IMG/VR virus record: IMGVR_UViG_3300023107_000001
Location: 1-40,815 of that record
Source: a virus
Reading direction: 5' to 3' (one strand)
Length of the DNA stretch: 40,815 nt
Below, piece by piece: positions 34,844 to 40,815 of the stretch. Position 1 is the first letter of the stretch, and every line of letters begins with the position of its first letter. The notes beneath the pieces are model-generated. The model was not told the DNA's origin. It did no database searches and worked only from the letters and a program-made list of their open reading frames with translations. The position numbers were made by a program, and so were the translations under genes.

Positions 34844-35089
34844 TTATAGTTTATCCTGTAGAGTTACATCGATAGTTATTTTAGACACTAGAAACTGCCC
34901 TGAAAAATTTTCAACTTGGACATCTCCAATCAGTAGACCGCCTTTTTCATGTATCCCCTTTTCTATTTTATCCCCGTCTTGGATACTCTTCCTGACCTTT
35001 AGTAGGTGAAGATTGACGAATGATTTTATCATCCTTTCGTAAGATTCCATTCTTAAGGAATTTTCTATGGACTCATCTTCTACAGCCAT
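34844..35089 (-). CDS. small protein, tandem paralog 1 (ends ...VTLQDKL)
   Basis: It aligns with 34601-34843. Confidence 0.5.
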   Translation of the reverse strand: MAVEDESIENSLRMESYERMIKSFVNLHLLKVRKSIQDGDKIEKGIHEKGGLLIGDVQVENFSGQFLVSKITIDVTLQDKL

Positions 35090-36570
35090 TCTTTCCTCAT
35101 TCTATTCCATTCTTCTGCTGACATTCCTGAACCGCCGACTAACCTTTGGATCGACTCCGCACCGTAAATAAGCGCTTTCGAACCGTGGGACGCCCAGTCG
35201 TGGTAGCTCCTTTCCCTGTAGCAACCAAGTTTTTCATTCCACTCTTTTCGGAAGTTTTCGATGGCTTTAAGACCTTTTTCGCATTTAGAGTAGTCAAAGA
35301 AGAAGCGGGGTAGCATATTACGCAGACATTCGATACCGAAAATCTCGTTGGACTGCCTAGGCACGATGTCGACCTTAAGTCCTTGGTCTCTTGCAATGTC
35401 GGCAAAGGATTTACCTGAGCCTTTTTCTCTTGCGGCGGCATCGTGAGGCAAGAAGTGCTTTTCATAAATATATGGCTTTGACTTAAGCCATCTGACGTAG
35501 TGGGAGAGCGCTTCGTCGCTGTTTTCGTAGTAATCAATGCAATGAATTTCTTTACCAACGAGCTGCCATACCCAAATAGCACACGAATCCCCAATCCCAA
35601 TGTCCCAACTTGTATATGTCTTCGCATGCTCTTCGTAAGGGAGATAACAGATTCTTTTATCGTGTCTAGCTTGAGATATTTGTTTAGCAAAATAAAACCC
35701 TTCATTTGCAGATTCGAACGCTTCTTCTGGCGTAGAAGGGTATTCCCGCTTCATGTATTCGCCTTGAGTCTGCATCTTCTTAATGTACCACGCTTTTTGC
35801 TCAGAAGTTAAAATAATATCTTTACACTCTAAGTCTTTAAAATACTTCTCCATGTCTTTATTTATCAAGACATTTTTTGAATCCACAACATAATCAGGAT
35901 GTTGCCACCAAGGGAAGAACCAAAGCTTCCAATCTAGCTGCCCTGGAGGAGTTCCAGCGTCTTGCAAAGCCTGTGCTTCTTTACATAAATTATAGAAGTG
36001 ACCCTCCCTTCCGCGAGCCGTCGATTCAATGCAAACAAATTGCCCAGCCTGTACAGCGTTAAGAGCTCCAGAGACAATCTCGTTGGCTTTTGATGGATTT
36101 TCTTGGCAGATCTTAGCAAATTCGGTGATGTGTAGAAGTTGAAGCGTACCTCCGCGCAGCGACGTCGCAACCCTAAATACTGAACCATTTGAAAAGCGCA
36201 TTTCATGAACGTTATCTCGCTGCGCAGGGCAGAAGTCTCTAACGAATTGAGGGAGGTTGTCATAAGCAAACTTCACTTTATCGATGAATATTTCACGCGC
36301 AATAGGTTTGCTATCCGCAACGATCGCGCAGTTAACGTTACGGTTGAATAGACAGGTATCTAAGAAGAGAATAGCGTGGTAAGTTGTAATACCAAGCTGA
36401 CGAGCTTTTAAGATAATATTTAGATAATGAGGCTTCTTTAGTACATCTTGAGCCCAATTGGGTTCAAAATTCACAATCATTCCCTGCTTATCTTTGATTT
36501 TATATAAATTTCTAAGCCGCCAGTCCTGGTTACCTAAGATTCTGATGGCTTCATTCTCGTCTATCGTCAC
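35080..36570 (-). CDS. terL: terminase large subunit
   Basis: LYKIKDKQG..VNFEPNWAQ, the ATPase motif LKARQLGITT, and the nuclease motif WDIGIGDSCAIWVWQ. Confidence 0.85.
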   Translation of the reverse strand: MTIDENEAIRILGNQDWRLRNLYKIKDKQGMIVNFEPNWAQDVLKKPHYLNIILKARQLGITTYHAILFLDTCLFNRNVNCAIVADSKPIAREIFIDKVKFAYDNLPQFVRDFCPAQRDNVHEMRFSNGSVFRVATSLRGGTLQLLHITEFAKICQENPSKANEIVSGALNAVQAGQFVCIESTARGREGHFYNLCKEAQALQDAGTPPGQLDWKLWFFPWWQHPDYVVDSKNVLINKDMEKYFKDLECKDIILTSEQKAWYIKKMQTQGEYMKREYPSTPEEAFESANEGFYFAKQISQARHDKRICYLPYEEHAKTYTSWDIGIGDSCAIWVWQLVGKEIHCIDYYENSDEALSHYVRWLKSKPYIYEKHFLPHDAAAREKGSGKSFADIARDQGLKVDIVPRQSNEIFGIECLRNMLPRFFFDYSKCEKGLKAIENFRKEWNEKLGCYRERSYHDWASHGSKALIYGAESIQRLVGGSGMSAEEWNRMRKEWL

Positions 36571-36689
36571 TCAGCAACCCTTTATGTATAATATAATATT
36601 TAATACCACATTAAACAAAATATTTTAAACATAATTTTTCGTTGATATATAAACAAGTCTTTGATAGGTTAAAGAACCAGGAGGTACGA

Positions 36690-37142
36690 ATGAAGATTAA
36701 AGTAGAGCGCGAGAGCACACCTGAAGGGGATTTAGTGTTCACTGTAAGAGTGAGTGACCCTCATGTAGTTGAAATTAATAGTGATGAAAAAAAAATAATT
36801 CACATATTAGAAGAGTGCCTATCAACGCTTGAGTCTGAGATTCCTGACAGCGCTGAGAAGGTTAAAGAAGATGTTCGAAGCAGCTTACACGGAATTAAAC
36901 ATCAGATCTTCTGGAGAATGATAGAGAGGTTTAAGTTTAATATTGAGAATGATTTTAGACCTAAATTCAAGCCTATTTGTCAGGAGATCTACAACTGGCT
37001 ATACGACTACCAGACGGGTGAAACTAGGCAGTGGATGCAAGAATTTGACCCTCAAAGAACTAAATATTACTTCGACAACGACATAAACACTCACACTTGC
37101 CCTGGAACCCAAGAGAGCGAGCATGACGAGGATGAAGATTAA
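36690..37142 (+). CDS. hypothetical protein with an acidic C-terminus
   Basis: The start is moved to the ATG at 36690 behind an AGGAGGT RBS. Confidence 0.5.
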   Translation: MKIKVERESTPEGDLVFTVRVSDPHVVEINSDEKKIIHILEECLSTLESEIPDSAEKVKEDVRSSLHGIKHQIFWRMIERFKFNIENDFRPKFKPICQEIYNWLYDYQTGETRQWMQEFDPQRTKYYFDNDINTHTCPGTQESEHDEDED

Positions 37143-37162
37143 TGCCGTGCAGATGGAGAGCT

Positions 37163-37411
37163 ATGAACCCTTTATCCATAGAAGAAAGATTAAAGGTTAA
37201 AGAGGGTTTAGACCTCGACTTGTCATATGGAGCTCTAGCCACATATGTGGGAAGGTGTAAATCTGTAGTGATGAGAGAGTCTAAGCGTTTAGGGGACATT
37301 AGAAAGTACGACGCCTATAAAGCTCAAGAAGACTTTGAGGCAAAACAAAAGCTAATCGGGATAAAGAAGCTAGATGGGAAAAAGAAGAACAATAGAAAAA
37401 GAGATCAATGA
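37163..37411 (+). CDS. HTH protein resembling the IS30 N-terminal domain (paralog of 7247-7594)
   Basis: LSIEERLKVKEGLDLDLSYGALATYVGRCKSVVMRESKR...YDAYKAQ. The start is moved to 37163 (GGAGAG RBS). Confidence 0.5.
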   Translation: MNPLSIEERLKVKEGLDLDLSYGALATYVGRCKSVVMRESKRLGDIRKYDAYKAQEDFEAKQKLIGIKKLDGKKKNNRKRDQ

Positions 37412-37715
37412 TTTTCTAGAAGACTGGGACATACGCTATTTGACTGTTTTTCTAAAGGATGTGATTCCATTACTAGAGCTTTATGATATAGAAAAAGAAG
37501 ATGACTGGGTGAAAAATGAAGTTGGTGGCGATGAGATGCACGTTTTGACAGTACGTTTAGTTCGAACCGTCTACCTTGTCTCTCGTATTGCTGAATTTCA
37601 TGCAGGTAAACTATCAAGCATAAAAGTTAACTTTAATAATCTATGGAAGCGGATGGAAAAAGAAGTGGACACGCCTACCATTACTAATGAAAACCTACAG
37701 AAAGCTATCTTATGA
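37374..37715 (+). CDS. hypothetical protein
   Basis: ORF. Confidence 0.45.
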   Translation: MGKRRTIEKEINDFLEDWDIRYLTVFLKDVIPLLELYDIEKEDDWVKNEVGGDEMHVLTVRLVRTVYLVSRIAEFHAGKLSSIKVNFNNLWKRMEKEVDTPTITNENLQKAIL

Positions 37716-38320
37716 TAATAGATTGTATAGGTGACCGGGCTAAGAAGCTGCCGACTAAGATTTTTCATTACTCTAAAGATAAGATAAAGTCTCTGAAGAA
37801 GGATTTTAACGCATCTATTAACGATGAATACTCAGTGAAACCTTGCGGATTATGGGTCAGCATCGAAGATGATGATGAGGATATTTCCTGGTTTGAATGG
37901 TGTAAGAATGAAGAATTTAGATTGGAAAACCTAAAATACAAATATACAGTTAATATTTCTAGTAAAGCCAACATACTACACTTAAAAACTCCTGAGGAGA
38001 TAGACGAATTTACAAATAACTACGTTCTAGAAGATTTCTTTAATACTACACTCTTAAACAGCTTGTACATCAACTGGAAGAAAGTAAAGGAAGAATATGA
38101 CGGAATTATTATTTCCCCCTATCAGTGGGGTTGTAGATTTAGACTTAATACTACATGGTATTATCCATGGGACTGTTCTAGCGGTTGTATCTGGAATACT
38201 GATAAAATCTCCATAAAACTACACTCTACTATAGATGTAGAATCTATTCGACCGAAGGAATGCCTGGAGGTGGAAACATCGACGGATTCACTATTGGCAA
38301 GTCTTGTCCTGTCACCGTGA
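37712..38320 (+). CDS. hypothetical Trp/Cys-rich protein (KPCGLWVS...YDGIIISPYQW...WYYPWDCSSGCIW)
   Basis: 202-aa ORF overlapping the upstream gene by 4 nt. The conserved-looking motifs could not be assigned to a family. Confidence 0.5.
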   Translation: MIIDCIGDRAKKLPTKIFHYSKDKIKSLKKDFNASINDEYSVKPCGLWVSIEDDDEDISWFEWCKNEEFRLENLKYKYTVNISSKANILHLKTPEEIDEFTNNYVLEDFFNTTLLNSLYINWKKVKEEYDGIIISPYQWGCRFRLNTTWYYPWDCSSGCIWNTDKISIKLHSTIDVESIRPKECLEVETSTDSLLASLVLSP

Positions 38321-38708
38321 ACATTCCTCCCTTAACATACGGAGTAAAGAATCTACCGTCAATAGGAAGTGTATTACGATCAGCCAGGTAAAAGGCATCC
38401 AGGGTTGCTCCTTGTACAAAGAATAAGCGATTATTAAGCTGCTGCATACCAGTTGCGTTTGCAAATGGCATCTGTACGAACTTAGTAGCTCTGAGTGATT
38501 GTCCATTCATTAACCCGTGTGCTGTTTTAGTTACGTAGATGGGTAAAGTGTTGGTTACGTTCTCAGGAACGAACTGACGCAATGTGTAGTGGCTTGGCGA
38601 TGAATCTGGGTTGTTTGGATAAGGACTTAGCGGTTGCGTGTCGATAAAGACATACATTGGATCCAATGGGTCTTGAGGATTAGGCATTGGATCCAATGTG
38701 CTTGTCAT
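38244..38708 (-). CDS. Pro-rich protein with an FCCH-like beta-barrel, outside the structural operon
   Basis: IYVTKTAHGLMNGQSLRATKF...MQQLNNRLFFVQGATLDAFYL. Confidence 0.5.
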   Translation of the reverse strand: MTSTLDPMPNPQDPLDPMYVFIDTQPLSPYPNNPDSSPSHYTLRQFVPENVTNTLPIYVTKTAHGLMNGQSLRATKFVQMPFANATGMQQLNNRLFFVQGATLDAFYLADRNTLPIDGRFFTPYVKGGMFTVTGQDLPIVNPSMFPPPGIPSVE

Positions 38709-39154
38709 TTTACTTTGACTCCAGCTTTAGGACTGTGTGGGAATCTAGCTTCGTGAATATCAGGTGAACCTTCACTTCTTGCACGATCTCTACGATACTC
38801 CCATCTCTGGTCTCTAGCCTCATTCTTATTAAACGCTTTCCTGTGAAAATCATAGAAAGAGCTTTGGTTGGGACCAATAGACTTATCTTCAGTGTTTTTC
38901 AGTGAAGCTAGGTCAAAGAAGATGGCAGCCAGGTTACCAATCACAGGGATCAATAGAAGAGCACAACGCCCAGCAGACTTTTGATCAATATGAGTGAAAT
39001 AATGGCTATCAGCAATATTCTTCTTATCCATGAACGGTAGAACAAGACACTTCTGAAATAAATCTACGATATTTGTAATCGTACTAAAAACGGGCACATA
39101 GTCAAAAAAGTTATCTAAACTTACCATGCGACTACGGACACTGCCAATAGACAT
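38705..39154 (-). CDS. membrane-associated protein, paralog B of 1424-1897
   Basis: The start is moved to the ATG at 39154 (GGAGGA RBS), which removes the overlap with the tRNA-like element. FFDYVPVFSTITNIVDLFQKCLVLPF...RCALLLIPVIGNL. Confidence 0.6.
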   Translation of the reverse strand: MSIGSVRSRMVSLDNFFDYVPVFSTITNIVDLFQKCLVLPFMDKKNIADSHYFTHIDQKSAGRCALLLIPVIGNLAAIFFDLASLKNTEDKSIGPNQSSFYDFHRKAFNKNEARDQRWEYRRDRARSEGSPDIHEARFPHSPKAGVKVK

Positions 39155-39220
39155 ATAAGATCCTCCAATGTTTGTAACTTCAATATAATAATTATTTTGA
39201 ATTAAGTCAACAGAGGAAAT

Positions 39221-39299
39221 TGCAGAGTGTAGGACTTGCACCCACAACGCTAAGGACGGCCTTCAAACCTTAGCTGCCATTCAATTCGGCCAACCCTGC
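39221..39299 (-). tRNA. tRNA-like cloverleaf 1 (79 nt) with a non-canonical anticodon arm (7-bp stem, 12-nt loop)
   Basis: Acceptor GCAGGGT/ACTCTGC, D stem GCCG/TGGC, T arm GTGGG-TGCAAGT-CCTAC. G-U pairs favour the minus orientation. No 5-7-5 anticodon arm can be drawn. Confidence 0.45.
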
Positions 39300-39302
39300 G
39301 AA

Positions 39303-39375
39303 AGACACGTTTAGGACTTGCACCTAAATCTCTCTACCCAAATTTCAAGCGCTCTACTAATTGAGCTAACATGTC
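39303..39375 (-). tRNA. tRNA-like cloverleaf 2 (73 nt) with a degenerate anticodon arm
   Basis: Acceptor GACATGT/ACGTGTC, D arm GCTC-AATTAGTA-GAGC, T arm TTAGG-TGCAAGT-CCTAA. The 17-nt anticodon segment CTTGAAATTTGGGTAGA pairs poorly. Confidence 0.45.
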
Positions 39376-39475
39376 AAAAGACGGAATTTTAAAGATGTTC
39401 CGTCCCATCTTAGGTACGATTCGTACCTAGGTACCTGGCAAGCATCTATTACATACCTTACCAGGTTTAATCTTT

Positions 39476-39715
39476 TTACTCTCTTAAAATACTCATGATA
39501 CTCCACAGATTATCATGCATACAATCAAGAATTCTACGCAATTCATCTAACTTTTCAGCTTCTACGTCGTAATCTGAATGCCAATAAGGGTCATGCTTAC
39601 TAAGTTTATCGAAAATATCATTATCTAAGACAGACTTTAGCACACTCTCAGCTCTGCCCACAGATTGTATTTTTCTTACGACGTCTACGCCTAAATTAAA
39701 TTCTACTTCTGCCAA
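39476..39715 (-). CDS. hypothetical protein
   Basis: ORF. Confidence 0.5.
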   Translation of the reverse strand: MAEVEFNLGVDVVRKIQSVGRAESVLKSVLDNDIFDKLSKHDPYWHSDYDVEAEKLDELRRILDCMHDNLWSIMSILRE

Positions 39716-40449
39716 AACGGAACCTGATCGTGAACTTGCCTAATTCTTTCTGCTTCTGGATTATGATTATGTTTCAGCTTTTCATTCTCTTTTTCGCATG
39801 AAACAGCCACACTTTCGATAATCAACACCTTCCCTGCCTCTTTAGCTATCTTAGCGGCTCTTCCCCATGGAGTTTTAGAGAGCAACTCGCCTGCAATAGA
39901 GAGGAAAACACCAAAAGTTAAGCGCGGAGGGACTTCATCGATGACAGTTTGGGCAATATCTTGGCAATGCTTAACATCATAAATGATTTCATCTAGCTCA
40001 TAATACTTAAAAGGGACTTCAAAAACGCATTCATTAGCAATATTCAGGTCTGAATGATAAGGCGTGTCAAAGTCTGAGCACATCTTATTGATGTCGTACA
40101 TAGCGCTTCTTTTTTCTATAAAACTTACTAAGGAGCTCATGTGCTTATCGGGAATTTTTCTTCTTTTATCAAACATCTCGATTTCACGATTTACGTCTCT
40201 TAATATTTTCACAAGGTCCATTCTAATACCGTACAACTGTTCGGCATATCCTTTTACGACATAAACCTGCTGAAGTAAATAGTCTGGGGAAGAATAAGGA
40301 TTACTGATCATGCTGTTGACAGCATCATTCACGTAGTTTTCACCAGGCCTGCGCTTTGCTATGACATCCACATCATCATTAGCGTCCAAGCTACATAAAG
40401 CCCATACAGACATAAAACCACATAAGAGAGCGCGTACAATATTCCCCAT
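39703..40449 (-). CDS. hypothetical protein with an N-terminal hydrophobic, signal-like segment
   Basis: 248-aa ORF. Its N-terminal 30 codons overlap 40359-40553 in another frame, so the start is uncertain. Confidence 0.5.
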   Translation of the reverse strand: MGNIVRALLCGFMSVWALCSLDANDDVDVIAKRRPGENYVNDAVNSMISNPYSSPDYLLQQVYVVKGYAEQLYGIRMDLVKILRDVNREIEMFDKRRKIPDKHMSSLVSFIEKRSAMYDINKMCSDFDTPYHSDLNIANECVFEVPFKYYELDEIIYDVKHCQDIAQTVIDEVPPRLTFGVFLSIAGELLSKTPWGRAAKIAKEAGKVLIIESVAVSCEKENEKLKHNHNPEAERIRQVHDQVPFWQK

Positions 40450-40553
40450 TTGTCATTCTTCCAGTTTTTTAAAGAGTTAAAGAGTTCACTGGAGTTTCTA
40501 AGGTTACAAACCACTATATAGATTAATAAGATTCCTAAAATCATTCTTGGCAC
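40359..40553 (-). CDS. small two-TM protein (holin-like topology)
   Basis: Hydrophobic segments ILGILLIYIVVC and WGILYALSYVVLCLYGLYVAW. Confidence 0.35.
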   Translation of the reverse strand: MPRMILGILLIYIVVCNLRNSSELFNSLKNWKNDKWGILYALSYVVLCLYGLYVAWTLMMMWMS

Positions 40554-40555
40554 CT

Positions 40556-40804
40556 TTACACCTCCGAGTTACATTCTCGTTCCAGGTACCATATAGCCTT
40601 CTTAAGATCCTGAATTCGATCACCCTTTTTACCAGCTCTTAGGATATATTTTATAGAATTTCCTAAATTAAACCCAAGACTAAAATCTTCAATAACATCA
40701 ATAGCTTGCAAACCCTTCCCTTGATAGTGTGTAGGGCTACTAACATGCATCATTCTTAGAGTTTCCGCGCACGCTTCATCATATTCATCCTCCGAGACGG
40801 ACAT
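40556..40804 (-). CDS. DUF3310-like protein
   Basis: THYQGKGLQAIDVIEDF...GNSIKYILRAGKKGDRIQDLKKAIWYL matches the DUF3310 pattern. The start may instead be an internal Met near 40753. Confidence 0.65.
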   Translation of the reverse strand: MSVSEDEYDEACAETLRMMHVSSPTHYQGKGLQAIDVIEDFSLGFNLGNSIKYILRAGKKGDRIQDLKKAIWYLERECNSEV

Positions 40805-40815
40805 TTTTTAACCTC
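40784..40815. repeat. 32-nt exact copy of window positions 1-32 (circularisation overlap or terminal redundancy)
   Basis: TTCATCCTCCGAGACGGACATTTTTTAACCTC is present at both ends. Confidence 0.9.

Noticed and set aside
32636-36269. Long same-strand alternative-frame ORFs inside the portal and TerL genes (32636-32950, 33047-33484, 34022-34459, 35139-35705, 35934-36269; 104-188 aa)
   Set aside because: They lie wholly inside well-supported genes. Their translations are low complexity, rich in Lys, Ser, Thr and Leu, with no motifs or RBS. They are most likely by-products of AT-rich codon bias, not overprinted genes.
39155-39247. The N-terminal extension of ORF 38705-39247, which would overlap tRNA-like element 1
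   Set aside because: The internal ATG at 39154 has a strong GGAGGA RBS. It also gives an N-terminus that aligns with paralog A, so the extension is spurious.
39221-39375. Plus-strand orientation for the tRNA-like elements. The plus strand shows CTTCAAA, which looks like a UCA anticodon loop.
   Set aside because: In the plus orientation, the G-U pairs of the acceptor and T stems become A-C mismatches, and the D and T arm order is wrong. The CTTCAAA resemblance is therefore coincidental.
40784-40815. The terminal 32-nt repeat as a genuine short direct terminal repeat (T7-like DTR)
   Set aside because: It is very short and lies inside coding sequence with genes running through it. That is typical of an assembler circular overlap. 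It cannot be decided without reads.
1-40815. Retron, DGR, toxin-antitoxin or known defence cassettes; stop-codon recoding linked to the tRNA-like genes
   Set aside because: I recognised no reverse transcriptase, no template/variable repeat pair near the fibre genes, and no typical TA pair. Long uninterrupted ORFs in the standard code argue against recoding.

Overview
The window is one complete tailed-phage genome. Its first 32 nt (1-32) are repeated exactly at 40784-40815, so the unit length is 40,783 bp and the molecule is circular or circularly permuted. Coding density is high and AT-rich by eye (about 40% GC), and genes sit in alternating strand blocks.

- **Structural and packaging operon (36570 down to 16099, minus strand).** It contains terminase large subunit, a P22-like portal, scaffold, an N4-type HK97-fold major capsid, several virion and ejection proteins, an embedded HNH endonuclease, and a fibre cassette ending in a fibre with an S74 chaperone domain. 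I recognised no tape-measure, sheath or tube genes, so it looks podovirus-like.
- **Replication block (13754 down to 8784, minus strand).** It contains a DnaD/O-like initiator with iterons inside its own gene, a DnaC-like loader, two SpoVG-fold proteins and RusA.
- **Recombination block (13937-16097, plus strand).** It contains a PD-(D/E)XK nuclease and RecT.
- **Early and regulatory block (4589-9049, plus strand).** It contains DUF2958, an XRE HTH protein, an IS30-like HTH protein, a ParB-like protein and a short serine recombinase.
- **Small accessory genes.** Many of these wrap across the window ends.

The most interesting signals are RNA or DNA elements that the ORF track does not explain:
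1. Three tandem mimics of the type I-F CRISPR repeat at 4771-4884, each with a Cas6f-type hairpin, two also with the CTTAGAAA handle, separated by 12- and 18-nt pseudo-spacers. This is a candidate RNA anti-CRISPR or mini-array.
2. Two tandem tRNA-like cloverleaves with aberrant anticodon arms at 39221-39375.
3. An orphan plus-strand promoter-to-terminator unit framed by a 20-bp inverted repeat, inside the leftward replication operon (13187-13399).
4. A lambda-like origin inside the initiator gene, plus a separate array of about 77-bp repeats.

All domain calls come from motif recognition by eye. No database search was run.
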